A stretch of 64,000 nucleotides of DNA from Saccostrea echinata (lineage: Eukaryota), in contig NW_026889805.1 of NCBI RefSeq assembly GCF_033153115.1, positions 4,340,001-4,404,000 of the forward strand. The letters run 5' to 3'. This document shows, piece after piece, positions 40,535 to 54,942 of this stretch. The position numbers and the translations under genes are program-made. Position 1 is the stretch's first letter; each line of letters begins with the position of its first letter. The notes beneath the pieces were generated by a model that was given only the letters and a program-made list of their open reading frames with translations, made no database searches and had not been told where the DNA came from.

Positions 40535-42189
40535 TTTTGTTAAAAGAATTCAACGGGAAAAATTCTTTCTATTTATTGAAAAAAACTCTCCATCGAGGCG
40601 GATGTAGACATGAATGAATGAATTTAAAAATACAGGATATATATAAGCAAACACAAACCGATCTAAAATCGAAGTGTTGATTTCATGCTATTAAAAGAAA
40701 TTCATTTACCAAATAGAATTCCATATTACAACATCAAAGAAAATTTACATAATAGCTATTTTTGTTTGTTTTAGTGCTTATCTTCCTGGACCTGTGATAC
40801 ACCTAAAAATCAAGTCAAATACTCATTGTCTGAGTACTTTTTGTCTTAGTTTCATTGAAATACAATTCTAACTCTAAATTATATTCATAGGAATAAGGCG
40901 ACAAATTACACACATTTTCTTACAGGTATTCCAATTTCAGGCATTCCTCTTAGATTAATAGTACATAAAACTTTTTTGTCATTAAGCATTCTTATTTCTG
41001 ATGGTTTAATAGCATAAGGAAACGTTTCACTTGTGCACATACATATGTAAAGTAACAAAATATCTTTTCACTTTTAATTCTTCAGAAGGATGCTTACTTC
41101 TAGAAATACACAAAGTAAGTTTTGTTTCAAGAACACTAAAAGAAACACTGAAAAGACTTAACACAAATTCAAATCAAGTAATCAATTTGTTTATGCATAT
41201 TTTTTGGCATCACATCATTCATTTTTTCCTATACTTTCATTAAAAGTGGGTCATTAATTTATTAATGCATTCACACTTTGTCAAAAACAATTTTAAAATA
41301 ATTTGATGATTGAGAGTCTGGACTTAGAAGATAAATAACTTCCTTTAATAAATATTAAGAATTGATATCTCCATCTTTAGATGACTCAACACTGCATAAT
41401 GATGACTATTTAATTTTGTAGCAGCAAAACAAAGCTTTTCAACGATTTTTTTCCCGAATATAAATCGTTGCTTTGGCTTTAGGAGCCATGCATTGCCCAT
41501 CATAATGTTAACATGCTTGCTTTTAAAATTTGTTAATTTGATTCTCTGTACTTCTTCACAGGGCATTTCTTAAAATATTTAATTTGTTCCTCCATCCATT
41601 TCAAATGAACCACGTACAAATTGTATAAATTAAATAAGTAATGAAATTGATGATTTATAGTCAGGGAAAATAGGGATAAAGCCACATATAGTTTCAAGAT
41701 AAACCCGGAATGTATTTGAAAAACATCTTACTTTAGAACAACGTCTACATATTGCAAGCTTATTGCTCAAGAGATGGGTTCTGGTGCATGAATTGGACTC
41801 CAACGGGGTTCCGAATATTTAAATTTGATTATTTTTACGAAATGTAGGTGTAAACATCTTCTCGCTGGTTAGGATGCTAAAAATTTTCAGCTATAGCCAA
41901 ACATTTCTGAATTGGAATAGATGGATTTGTTTTCAAATTGTGTACCCTTTGGGAAAGACGAGGCTACAATGGAGTTTAATGTACATATATATGAGAAAAG
42001 ACATAGAAATGATTCTCTAAAGGATCTTTTCAGGGAATGATTTGATAAACTTTTAGTAATTTTTTTTCTATAGGGATTCCAGCAATTTTTTAGATACATG
42101 TAGCTGTGTGCAGTCAAGAGATAGGAAAGAAAATTGTTCTTTTTAATTGATATGATTTCTTTTAAAATATACTGGCTAAAATAACATCA

Positions 42190-42305
42190 ACTTGTTTCTC
42201 AATAGCTTGCATCGTTTTAGAAATTTGTAGTACATAGAGCATGCACTTGCGTATCGAATCAACTGGGAGACATAAACTCCATATACAGCTGATAATGGTA
42301 TTTTA
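42190..42305 (-). mobile_element. Short PLE RT fragment
   Basis: Reverse complement encodes an AVYGVYVSQLIRYASACS-like segment. Confidence 0.7.
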
Positions 42306-42306
42306 A

Positions 42307-42434
42307 AGAAATAATTCCCGCGTCGGAGAAATTGTAGGAGAATATACCCCGATAGTCGAGAGCTTTGGTTGGCAAATAAAAATCGAGCACGAAGGTATAT
42401 TCTCCCACAATTCCGACTGTGAGGGAATTATTTC
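42307..42434. repeat. Imperfect long palindrome (hairpin-element end)
   Basis: AGAAATAATTCCC..AATTGTAGGAGAATATACC / GGTATATTCTCCCACAATT..GGGAATTATTTCT. Confidence 0.65.
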
Positions 42435-43668
42435 TATTCTGCTACGGTGAATATTTAAACTTCTTTATATAGAATTACAAAAACTTTATTTGGACGTCAT
42501 CATTTCATCATTTAGTAACTGTTTTTCTTATGGGTGTAGTTTTACAATAAGCAGTAAAAAAAGGTTGTTTGCCCCGACACACTTTTTCCATCCCCACCCC
42601 CTCCTCGGATCATCTCAAACTGATCTTTGTTATCAAAGCGAGAGATTCTTCAATGTACATTACATGATGTTCATTGCCAATATTTATAGACAGTCAATGT
42701 GATTCAGAAACACATGACATGATGTTCATTGCTAATATTTACAGACAGTCAATGTGATTCAGAAACACAGAACTTGAATGCTTCGACAAACGAACAGGAA
42801 TTTTATAATTTATCACATTGTTTTGTAGAAAATTCAATACCTATTTTAATCATAAAATGTGCCCTCAATATTCTAAAACAAGGAAAATATTTTCAGATTA
42901 TTACTTTTTATTTAATTAACTAAAGAAACCTCTATACACTACACACACAAAAGATTTATAATTCTGTGGTAATTTTATGCAGATAAAGCAATCTGCCCTT
43001 TGATCTAAACTAAAATAAAAATAAAAATAAATTAAAATTTACAATGTATTATTCAATTTGTTATCAAATCAAGTATTCCTAACATTTTTATTTGTCTAAA
43101 TGAATTGATAAAACACTTCATTTTGATGTATATTCCCACACTTAAGCATGCAACGAAGATTTCTCTTCATCAGATACTTCATTCTCTTTGAGACATTGAA
43201 ACATTTTTCCTGAGGGTAAATGCTAGATACCCACTGGTGAAAATATAAAAGCTTATCTTAATATATACTAAGAAATACATTTTTATGCTTTATACACTAT
43301 ATAATGTTCTCAATGGCCAGAAACATTTTCCTTTAGTATCTAGAAGGCCCTTAACCTCCAATTGTCTAAAGAGTGTTCATTAAATTTCACTGATTATCAA
43401 ATAAACGATCTTGTCAAATGCTCTAGACTCAAACATGAAAATTTGAGCTATGCCGCATTTGTTCAACGTGTGTGACAAAAACTCCACCTTAAGAAGTGCA
43501 TTCTGCAGAGATTTTAGACAAGAATTTAGAAAGTTAGTAAAAATGTTCATAACATTTTGTTAAATGTTTTGTTTGAGTCATTTTCCATTAACAATTATCT
43601 GTCATACTTTTAAAATATGACAAAGTGAAAATAAAAATAAAATGTAATAAAAAAGAAAGGTAGAGTAC

Positions 43669-45077
43669 CTCTACAGCCTTTGATTCTGTCGCATCTGTCG
43701 GGGGAACATTGACAAGATTTTGCGCACAATTTCCCATATGTGTTGTTTGGACATTTCTTACTGCAATTCCATCCAAATGTTCCTGGAGAGCACTCTAATA
43801 AGAAATACTTCACTTTTCATGTGAATTAAAAAAAGAAATCATATACTAGCATGATTTCACAATTTTTTTTTAAACTAATTGTTAGGGCATTATTTATAAA
43901 CTGAACTGACTAAGGATTTTTCCATTTTTTTCCCGATCATGACAAGGAGCACACGGCGGGTGTGACCGGTCGGCAGGGGATGCTCACTCCTCCATGGCAC
44001 CTGATCCCACCTCTAAATTTTGAGGTCCGTGTTTGCTGTGCTCCAAATTTGTATCGTTTCATTGAACTCTCGATATTGAATATTGTTCCTTATCTTCATA
44101 TTTCATTCTTTCTTATTGTTTAGTGTCTCCTTTTTTACAAACACTGGTGCTTAGTTTTCTTTCGTGTTACTACTAAGCGTTAAAAACTCCTAAAGGCTGT
44201 TAATAAATAAAATTATTGATTGATTGTTTGTTTGTTGTTTTACGTCCCGTGCGAGAATTTTTCACTCAATTTGAGATTTCACCATTTATACCGGTGAAGG
44301 GCTTCAAACTTAGACCTTTACTCGGCGATCAGGGCCATTTAGCAGTGAGGGTTCTTTATTGTGCCAACGCCTGTCGTCACACTGTGCTTTGGATTTTAAG
44401 GTCTAAGCTGAAGGACCCGCAACTTTCACTTTAAAGTACAGAACGCTTGGCGAGAAGCAGCCGCAACCTTTTTTATTGACTTAGGTCAGTCTCAGCCGTG
44501 GTTTGAACCCACGACCTTTCGATCACGGAGCGAGCGCTCTAACGACTGAGCTACCGTGTGACGGTTAAAAGGATATGGCTTTCAGAGGCGGAAAATTCTT
44601 TATATTGACATTACAGTATTGATCTGTTCTGTTATCAAATACAGATATATAAATTGTGGATACTTCCCCACGTGATCAAACAGTGGAATTTCTTTGTTTT
44701 AATATCTGAAACAGCAAAATACATGCTCATGAGTTGGAAATGTAACGATCAGAATTTGATACTTCTCTCAATCGCTGTTGACAATACATGTACCTTACCT
44801 GAAGCGTAATATAGTATTTGAATAACAGAATTTGAGATATGCTATATGCACTGAATTTATGTCTTGAAGTTGATATACATTTAAAATTTATCTACGTCCA
44901 ATCAAATATCAACTTACCTTTACAAATCCTGTCAAAATCCAAAAAATAATTGACACAGCACAGTTTTTGAGGGTATGTTTGGTGATAGCATCCTGTATCG
45001 TTTATTTCTTTTGTCACATTCCTGCAGGACCAAACAATTGTTATGAAATAAATCCATTTTAAGTCGTGAAACTTCAT
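43669..45077 (-). CDS. Gene D: divergent family member, first two exons (45077-44918, 43794-43669); 3' exon not identified
   Basis: MKFHDLKWIYFITIVWSC (signal-like)..GC..LCCVNYFLDFDRICK-ECSPGTFGWNCSKKCPNNTYGKLCAKSCQCSPDRCDRIKGCR; phase-1 GT-AG. Confidence 0.65.
43845..44107 (+). mobile_element. PLE 3'-end fragment in the gene D intron
   Basis: ..AAACTAATTGTTAG followed by the conserved tail. Confidence 0.8.
44213..44566 (-). mobile_element. tRNA-derived SINE in the gene D intron
   Basis: Reverse complement has TAGCTCAGTCG, GGTTCAAACC and the same body and tail. Confidence 0.8.
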
Positions 45078-46409
45078 GACACATCCAAAAAATTGAAGAG
45101 GAAAAAACTATATAAGGCGTCATAAATGTAAAACATTGTCGATATTGGAATTTTAAAAAAAAATTGATTACGTATACAACACAATAAACCGTACACTAAT
45201 TAAAAAAAAAGATTTATTAATAAAAGAAGAAGAAAGATCTATCTAAGAAGAGTTGTTTTATGATATATCAATATGATTTTTTCATGTCTTCTGTCACTTT
45301 TTTTCCCTCAGATAACCCAATGTGATCTGCTCCTGTCCGCCGGCGTGCTTTATGCTGGATGATTTAAACACTTTCATCTTCCCTTCGTTTTTGAGATGCC
45401 TTAACCAATTTCAATCAGTTTTTCACATACAATCTATGTATTGAAGAGGGGGGGGGGACTTAACTTCATGATGATAGTTCCCTCCTGGGGTTTTTAAAAG
45501 GTTTGACTAAAACCATTTAGGTTCATACAATCATTGAAAAAATCTTTTTTCATTTTGAAAACTAGCAAGTAAAGTGGTTTTATTATTACAATGAGCTGCT
45601 AATCATCTATCAAAATTTGAAATACAGGACCTTTTGTTTCTAGGGTTTATACCCCCTGAGTTGGCTTATTCTATCTTAAAAATGTACTGATAAAAAACAG
45701 TTGCCTTGAATATTTTTTTTCTTCCTTATTCTTGAATATCTTTTAACAAACTGTTTAGCAATTACTTGACCGATCAACAGAAGAGGCTTACTCTTCTTGA
45801 CTCCTGATCCGACCTCGGGTTTTTCCAAGGGTCTGTTTTGATTAATTTTTGAAAATCATGACAATTTTGTCAGGGATTCGTGTCCCAGTTGGGCTAAGTT
45901 GGTCATTTATTGCAGATATTTGACAGTCTAAAAGTCTCTTTACTCTCAGATATCTTGTAAGAAGTTTACATGAGGCTTACTCCTCCTAGGTACCTGATAC
46001 AACCTCTGACAGTTCCAGGGCTCCGTGTGTTGTGCCCTCTTTAATGATTTGTATTGTTTATGGATATTTTTATAGATAGATCACTGTTATCTTTACCTTT
46101 TCATGAGGGTCCAGTTTTTGACTATCCTTGTCATATAATTTTTTTATGTAAATTATGTCATCTAGAATTTTTATTCATACATAAAGAATGCAAACTTCAA
46201 AACTATATGCATGATAGCAGTTCTTTGTTTTATTATGATATTTGTTCCAAGGAGACCCCATAGAAGTATGGCTATGTTGAATATTCATTTAAAACACATT
46301 GAAAATATTCTTTACTCCCTAAAATTAAAAAGACAGACTTACCACAGTGTGATTATAAATCTTTTACATTCAACAATAATCAAATTTGCAAAATTTATAT
46401 CATATATCT

Positions 46410-46673
46410 CCTAAGTCTAAAGTTTCAGTCCTACGTGGGGCTGAGTAGGTCATAACCGAGATTCTCAAGCCACCGTCAAGGTCCAGTGAGCTCTTGTTAC
46501 ATAAACAGGTGATTTTCATGTTAATCAGATGTGGATATTTTCCTAAGTCTAAAGTTTCAGTCCTACGTGGGGCTGAGTAGGTCATAACCGAGATTCTCAA
46601 GCCACCGTCAAGGTCCAGTGAGCTCTTGTTTCATAAACAGGTGATTTTCATGTTAATCAGATGTGGATATTTT
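46410..46673. repeat. 132-bp near-perfect tandem duplication
   Basis: Units start at 46410 and 46542; one mismatch seen. Confidence 0.9.
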
Positions 46674-46719
46674 AAAACGCAATAGAACGCTTAAAAAATT
46701 TGAAATCACAAAATTTTAC

Positions 46720-47130
46720 CAAATTCAATAGCATCAAAACGTCTGACTTTTCAATACTTCAAACAACCATTCCACATAAATTGAAGACCAAGCTCTTTGA
46801 CATCATAGAAAACTGCTTCTTCGATAAAAAATGGAACTCGTAAGTTTGCATACTTTGTCATTGGTCATACGCAAACTTATTTTGATATGAAATATACTAA
46901 TTCTACACACAAGCACTCCGAGACTGATATTAAAAGCTTGAGTTTCTCGTTGACAATATCTATTAGGTTCTCGCAGACCAAGCCTTTAAACAATCATTTG
47001 GAATTCCCATGGGTACTAATTGTGCAATGTTATTGGCAAATATGTTTTTGTATTCATTTGAAGCAGAATTTATTCATAAACTTCGAGATGAAAAGAAGAA
47101 TCTCTTGCTGTGGACTTCAATTTGACATAT
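46720..47130 (+). mobile_element. Old degenerate PLE RT fragment
   Basis: SIKTSDFS, NGTRKF and GIPMGTNC remnants with frameshifts. Confidence 0.75.
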
Positions 47131-48159
47131 GTTAATAACGAGGACCTTAAATCACTTGTTTTAAAACGTCCAAAATTTAGGGAATCCCGATCTTTCAACT
47201 GGTGTCATCATTTCATACATAGAAAATTACACCAGACGATGGGCTAAACATGATTTAAAAAAATTTAATAAGAAATTAAAAGTATCAAATGAATGTTGAA
47301 ATCTCGCATTAAGCGATTGAGGGCAATATGAAAACCATCTATCCCTTTATTATACCGTCGACATTCTGTTCTATTATTTTCAATTTTCTTCCGCCATCTT
47401 CTTGTTGTTATAAGCTTTTGATCAATTTTTAAAAGTTTGTGATTGAACTAATCAGTATTATTGTTTTTTGTGCAGTGAAAATAATGTTTTGGGGGAAATC
47501 AGGACAAATGAGATGAAATCGTGTGTAACTAGATGACAAAATGTCTGATGTTTGCTGATTTCCCTTTTGTTTGTGAATCCAAGATTTCGTCATTTGTTAC
47601 TTTTACTTTTAATAAATGACATATTTCATTCTCACAAATATTGTCCTGTTTTATAAGTCACTTTAAGCAATAACAGGCTTCGGTGAGCTGTTTGTAAGGA
47701 AAATAGACATACTAGATATAATTCAGGAAAAGAAAATTAGATAATATTGGAGAAAGTATAGAAAGAACAAAAAGTTTACCCTGTAGCCAAGAAGATATTA
47801 ACAACATTTTTGTCGTTTATGGTGTAATTGTTGCACCAGGCCCATGTCTTGAGCAATCTTATTTTGTAATAAATGACAATGCTTGCAAAAAAGTTCGTGT
47901 TGGTCTAAGTGTTGTGGTCTCTTTGGTTGGAAGATTTCCCTACACATTTTTAGGTAGGACTTTGAAGTACCTCATTGACTTATTTCTGTCCAATAGGGTC
48001 AAGGTATGAACAAACTTTTAATCTAAAATTTATTAAAATGTTTGATGTACTGAGATATTCAATTAGCAATATGAAATATTTTTTCTGAGATTTTAAAATC
48101 ATTTCAAAAATGACACAATCCAGATTTTTACATCCCTTTTATTTTCCTTTCAAATTGAA

Positions 48160-49677
48160 TTACAAAACATTCACAACATCTAAATATTCATTATTTGCCG
48201 ACTCGTGTGTTTTTGGATCATTGCGTTTTGTGGAGCAAGTCTTGTTACAACGTGCTAGGTTCCCAGTATCTTGATACTCCTCTAGTTCATCTAGATCTGA
48301 TTTGTTTGAAGAACTTCTCCCATCCTTATCATCATTTAAGGAATTAGATTTATGAATCAAAGGTTCTATAACTTCTATGTATGCATGAACTCGTCCACTT
48401 GATTCCGGTTCTAAATATTCTCCGTCTTTTCCGGTTGTATTTTCCTTATCAATTTCATGATCGGTTTGTTTTATTTCCTCTTCTATTTTTGACCCTATGT
48501 GTAAATATTTTGGTCGTATTATATCATCCTTTATTCTATTATAACGATTGTCAGGCATCTCATTCGCTATCATTTCGTCTAGGTTTATTTCATGATACAC
48601 TTCCAATTCATTTCCTTCCTTAAAATGTCTTGATTCATTTTCTTTTTTGGGATATTTTTTCTTAGAACGACTAGAAAACAATTTTTTGGCTATTGTCGAA
48701 AGTATTATTAGAAAAAGAAAAGCAATCACTCCTCCCATTATTATTATTATTAGCGTATTATTATTGGCCTCTTCTTTTGTTGCTATCGTCGGTTCTGGGG
48801 AAGAATCCTTACTTGTTACCTTTGTAGTTGATTCTGTTGTTCGTCTAGAAGTTGCCTTAATTGGCTCAGACGACTCAACAGAGGTTGCGAGAGATATGAA
48901 CGTTGACGTTTGAATTGTTGTTTCTGGAAGTAATCAGAAAATCAGAGAGGGTCAAAATTAGTCTTTTTAAATACCAATGGTCTTTGAGAAAAAAATTCTA
49001 CCTTCAATTTTTTATAGATTGCACACCTTTTTATATTTATGTTAATTTTTTAAAGTAGCATTTAAATAGAATGTGCGTATGTCTTAAGTATCATGCTTGT
49101 TTTAAGTTGTATTTTTTAAGACATTAACTTTTCATATACCTTTAATAACACAGCCAAATGCTCGGTCACAGTAAAAATCAGATGTACATTTACACTTTTT
49201 TCCACATAGTTTTCCATAAGAACCAGAAGGACAAGTCTGTGTGCAGTTGTCACCAAAGTATCCAAGCTCGCATGCTGAAAACAAAGACTGCATATATTAC
49301 AATTCTACAAATACTCAGTGTTATAATACACCAATACAAAATATCTCGGATATGTGAAAATTGATTAAAATTTAATCATTCGTTTTCATTTAAAAAAAAA
49401 CAACTCTTCTACAATATAAATTATACAACTATAGGAAATGGAAAAATAATTAGAACAATCTTAGTAACAAGTGATCACACTTACGCAAACAACTATTCTC
49501 AGCTTCACTCCAGTAATGGCTAGTGCAACATTTTTTGTCATTTGATCTAAAGGTAAATAATAGAATTTACTACCAATACAGACAATTAACATTGATGCGG
49601 TAAGGGATAGGTAAGTTGAAACATAAGATGAAACTTACCTACCGCAATCGGCAGGTGTCATTATTTCCAGACGACAT
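48160..49677 (-). CDS. Gene E: single-pass EGF-like receptor with ITAM, ~331 aa. Exons 49677-49643, 49546-49485, 49274-49140, 48923-48160
   Basis: MSSGNNDTCRLRSNDKKCCTSHYWSEAENSCLPCELGYFGDNCTQTCPSGSYGKLCGKKCKCTSDFYCDRAFGCVIK-stalk-TM-tail containing DNRYNRIKDDIIRPKYLHI; exon sizes and phases identical to gene F; start codon uncertain. Confidence 0.8.
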
Positions 49678-49918
49678 ACATTTCATCAAGTTATAGCAGG
49701 AGACATATACGGCGTTGTAGTGTTAAAATAACGATTCCTATATTTATTTTTAGCACTACAAATAGATTTGGTGGATCTAGTTTGTAAATATAAATACCTC
49801 ATATTGGTGTGCGAGTTAGCTAAGCGGTTTTCCTCAAACTCTTGTTCCTGGATTTTATAGTGTCTCTTAAAAATAAAAAAAAAATAACAAACGAAAACAA
49901 ACGAAAGTTTGAGAAAAC

Positions 49919-50063
49919 TGATTACTAACGAGTACTGGTGATTACTAACGAGTACTGATTGATTACTAACGAGTAATGGTTGATAACTAACGAGGACTGG
50001 TTGATTACTAACGAGTACTGGTGTGATACTAACGAGTACTGGTTGATTACTAACGCGTACTAG
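49919..50063. repeat. 21-bp minisatellite (TGATTACTAACGAGTACTGGT), about 7 copies, upstream of gene E
   Basis: Direct periodicity. Confidence 0.9.
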
Positions 50064-50397
50064 TTATGGGACCTGTTTATCCAATTATACAAACATTGAT
50101 TTACATGTATATGTTTTGGTGTAATAAACATGCCACTGATTAAATTGCATATCCCGATAGTATATGTCCCTAGTAATATACCTCGATGATCCGTGGAAAT
50201 AACATAACAAGGAAAAAAAAATCGCTGATGTTTCCGAACATACTCTGTACCTACATTTTTGCGACCATAAGTATGAACTTTGGAGAGAAGACCTTAGAAA
50301 AGCAGCCAATTAGAATCGTCGTAGGTACGCAGTATATTTAAGGCGCCAAGTGGAAATATTGCCAATTTTTATGACAGATTAGTTGATGTTATAGGAT

Positions 50398-50750
50398 TTC
50401 AGCAACCTCGTTTATTGTCAGCTTTTCGTAAATTCTATGGTCGTTATAATATACTTATAACATAAGTATAACATAACCTATCAATGAGTCTTATTTTGGC
50501 TAACATGCTTTATACCAATTTTAGGCCTTTGTTTTTATAGTTAATTTGACTATGGAATGTAACGTCTACTTGTTCAATACATAAGGCTAACAGCAGGTGT
50601 GACCGGTCAACAGGGAATGCCTACTCCCCCGAGACACCTGATCCCACCTCTGGAATCTCCGGGGGTCCGTATTTATACCCTGTTCACAGATTTGCATTTT
50701 TGTATATTTTTTTAGATCAATCACTGTTCGTTATCTTTACCTTTTTCACT
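50398..50750 (+). mobile_element. 3' fragment of a diverged PLE subfamily
   Basis: FRKFYGRYN remnant and variant tail CAGGTGTGACCGGTCAACAGGGAATGCC..ACACCTGATCCCACCTCTGG. Confidence 0.7.
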
Positions 50751-51727
50751 ATGATAAAAAATACATTCTTAATCAGACGGCGATTCTTTTAGTATTTTGC
50801 TAAAATCAGACAGATGTAATCATGATTATTCACTATATGTTGAGGACTGTTAGATCGAAATTTTCTATTTAGACTTGTTACGTGATGTGGCAGTGACCTG
50901 AATTTAGCACATTAACTTGCAGTATTGAGGTCACCTATAAATTTCAGTAGTTCAAGGGCATAACCAAGTTAAACTTCTAAAGTTTAGTTAATGTTTTTAA
51001 ATATCTACAATCCCATTGTAGTTTGTGAAAAGTGCTGCGACCCTATATAGATTCCACTATTTCATTGTTAAAATCATAATTGTATGACCGCATGCTGAAT
51101 TTTTGCTGGTCAACTGCAATGAATATAGAAATGATTAATTCATTTTCAAGATTTCAACAGGATCGCAGCACTTTTCAAATAGCTTAATATCTCTAGCGAA
51201 GATAACAGTATGCCATTGCACTAGATCGATTTATTAAGAACCTTAGATCATCCTTCAATGTACATGCATACAAATATGCAGCAGTATCATTTAACTGAAA
51301 ATGTACAGAAAATATATGACCAAAATCATAAATATGACGTTGCACCCAAGTTAATGACTCCATAAATAGTTGCAAATAATATTTCTTTCAATTATAAAAT
51401 ATATTTTTCGTTGTGAAATATTACTTGATTTGATCTCACTGCATACACACTGCTTCGTTTTACGAAATGACGTCTCATCGTTGCAGTGCGATTAGCGATT
51501 TGTTTATACCTTGATTTGTACATGTGCGACTAAAATAACAACAAAACAGAATATAATGTTAGTAATTTTTAGTGTAGTTTAATGCACTTCTACAGTTCAG
51601 TTTAAAATTACAAAATCATTTCATTTTGTGGTATTCGTAAGGATTGTTAGTGTCGCATGATGTCAGAGTTAATATTTCCAATATCAATTTGGCTCCGCCT
51701 CCTTTTTGTAGCCGTAACTGTGCTCTG

Positions 51728-52280
51728 TGAAATATATGGAGATAAGAACATTATTCAAGCTCAAAAGTCCATTCAAACAATACAAATCAGGAGCAAACGC
51801 TGACCTCCAAAACATCAGAAGTGGGATCAGGTGCCATGGAGGAGTGAGCATCCCCTGCCGACCGTTCACATCCGCCTTGTGCTCTTTGTTATGATCGTTA
51901 AATAACGGAAAAATCCGTCAACAATTCAGTTTGTAAATAAGGCCTAACAATTAGTATGAAAAAAAAATCATTTAGCATTTGACTTAATGATAGATTGTAT
52001 TTGCCGACAAGGTCACTGTATCGACCATAGAACTTACGAAATGACAACTTTAAACGAGACTGTTGATATTCTTATTCATCAACTTGTTTGTCAATAGCTT
52101 ACCTCGTTTTAGAAATTGTTCATACGTAGAGCATGCTCTTGCGTATCGAATCAACTGAGATATATACACCCCATATGCAGAAGGTAGTGTCTATTACTGC
52201 ATAAATAATGGAAGTTGACGAAGTTATAGTCATCAAGTTTATCATAAAGCTTGGTTGTTAGATTACCATTAACGTCTTTA
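51728..52280 (-). mobile_element. 5'-truncated PLE copy
   Basis: KDVNGNLTTKLYDK through to the 3' tail. Confidence 0.85.
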
Positions 52281-54942
52281 ACTTTCGTCCAAACATAGGT
52301 CGTGACGTTTATGCAATTGTTCAGGAATTGTGATTCTTTTCTTTTGAATTTTAAAATTTTGTTTAAAGCAGAAATTTTACAGTGCATTTGCTTTTTAGTT
52401 AATAACGGAGGTAACTATGTCACATATTCTAGAGTAATCGCAGAATTGGTATTTATAGACTAGTTTCCAACCATAATCATGATCCATACTTCTCAAGAAG
52501 TTATAAAAACTTCGGGCAGTCCTTTTTTGAAGTTTTTCATCATATTTGTCGTTTTTCAAGCGCCTTTTTCATGGGATGACCACTTCGAATATCCTTGAAC
52601 CATTCTTTTGCCAGATATAAACCAATGTCTGAGACTCGTTTATGTCATTTCATCGTTTCGAGCTCTTCTTCCTACGGACAGGAGTTATTCCCCCACTTAA
52701 AAAAGGTATTGAATGATTATTTGGTGTGCTGCATTATCACCAGTTTTTTGGCAATATTTTTGGCCATTTTTGGCAATTTCCATGGAAATTGTGCATTTAA
52801 CGCCATATTTATATTATTGCCATCTATAATGTCAAACTTATGAATTTTAACACATTAGTACCTAAGATCATAGGGATTTTGTCGAGGTAAATTTTATCAC
52901 ATTATATTTCAGTATTATCTGGTAATAAACAAAACATCGCTGACGATGCTTTTCTTAAAAAGTGAAAAAATAGCGGTGCGCCGATTAGCTATATTTCACA
53001 TCCTTTATATACTATTTAGATTCATATGCCATTACAAACTCATAATACTATCTCAAAATAACAAAAATATCATTTGCAACCATTGTACAAAAAATTAATA
53101 AGTTTGGTCAGTTAATTTAGAAGGTATTTAAAAATCCTCGTATATTAAGCATCTTTACTTCGTGCATTTCTTTTCCCCTACTGATTCAAAAAATAAGTAG
53201 AGGAAAGTACCCATTTAACGCCCCAGGGTGGGGCTAAATCGGTTAAATATTCAATCGCATATTGTATTTTTTTTATAGTGTATATTTAAGGAATTGTAAA
53301 TTTAGATTTTAAAAATGTAGACAAGTAGATTTAAATTACACGAGGCCTTACATGTCAATTTCAATAGTCCCCGCCCACTGACGTCAAACACAATGGCAGC
53401 CGCACGAGAATTACATGCATATAAGACCTCCTTAGCGTCAGACACAAAGACAGCCGCACGAGAATTACATGCATATTAGGCCTTCTTAGCTCCTGACCTT
53501 TCGCTTGGCGAAATTTGCATTCCGGTAAAATGATCAAGAAATCAACTCAACTAACTTTCAAAGAGTTATCAAAGAGAAAACAAATAGAAATGGAAATATT
53601 TGAAATTTATCTTTGATAATAGCTATTACTTTAACAGACTCTTCGAATGATGGTCCTTCCCTTTTCCTCTTTTACTAAATTGTTTTGTTTTTTCCCAAAG
53701 GTGTAGTTCCCGAGAAGGAGTAGTTCAATTGAACATTTATTTAAAATGCATTATATCCTTACTTCTGAGCAAGGAGACAAAGTTTATTCATTGTAATTAT
53801 AAACAGAATTAATATCAACAGTCTCGTTTAAAGTCGTCATTTTAACTTTATTAAAAAAAAAAATTAGTCAAAGAAAATCACATGAATACAGAGTCCTACT
53901 CCAAGATGGAACTGATTGTTCATCGACTGAGATACTCAGGTACCTTCATGCCTCTAGGCCTCTACATACATTATTAATGAATTGGTTTTTATTATTTTTT
54001 TCTTTTTTGATAAGCTAAAATCATTGTTTCTGAAAAACATAAACACACTGATCATCAAAAACGTCTTTGACGTAAGCAGCATCCAATTCGATGGTAAACA
54101 ATGGTGCTGTCCTGTTGATAACTAGTTTGAATTTTTACACTAATCATAAGGCCATGAGTATAGTCCTCCAAGCTGTATCATCCGACTTTCATGCTACTAT
54201 TCATTGCTGGAAAATATCTGAAATCCATCTAAATTTGTCATACATTTAAAAATTTTAAGCCTTCAATCTTTCAAAAGGTTTCAATGATTTTCCCTATACA
54301 TTTATACGTTTACATTATAGCCTCATCCCTGCGTAAGAGTAAATGGTTTGGGAAAAAGTCGATTTAATATTACTCGAGAATGTTGGGACATGTATTTGCT
54401 ACATGTATGTAGCCTAGAATGAAATGTTCAAACATTTTTTGTCAACATTTCTTGCTTTTAAACTATTAACTCCTTCAATGATAAAATTCTTGCATCAGGC
54501 TCATGTCTCTAGCAAACTTATTGTATAATGCATGACAATGCCTGCAGATAAATTAAAGAAGTTGTAGCGCTCCAAAAGGAGATATTTCTTGCAACATTTT
54601 TACTTAAAACTTTGAACAACCTCTTTGGCTTCATCCTTGCCAGATGGGGCCATGGTTTAAAAAAAATTGAAACGTAGTTCTTTTTTCTATGCTACAGTTT
54701 CTATTTCAAATATTAAAATTGCATGTTAATTCATTTTCATTGCAATTTCCTCGCACAACTTAAGCACATCACATATGGTAAACACTTGAAAATCGAAATG
54801 TCGGGAAAATTGTTGATAAGTTCCATATTCAATTAGCAATGAGTAGGCGTGAGATATTGTGTAAGATTTAAAATAAATACATATATATGTAACTAGATAC
54901 AACACGGAATTTTATATCAATTTTATTTTCCTTTCAAATTAA

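Noticed and set aside
43130-43240. Third exon for gene D
   Set aside because: Candidate acceptors give immediate stops and no TM or stalk
46410-46541. Hammerhead in the 132-bp repeat (CTGATTA..GAAA on the minus strand)
   Set aside because: Core mismatch and no supporting stems
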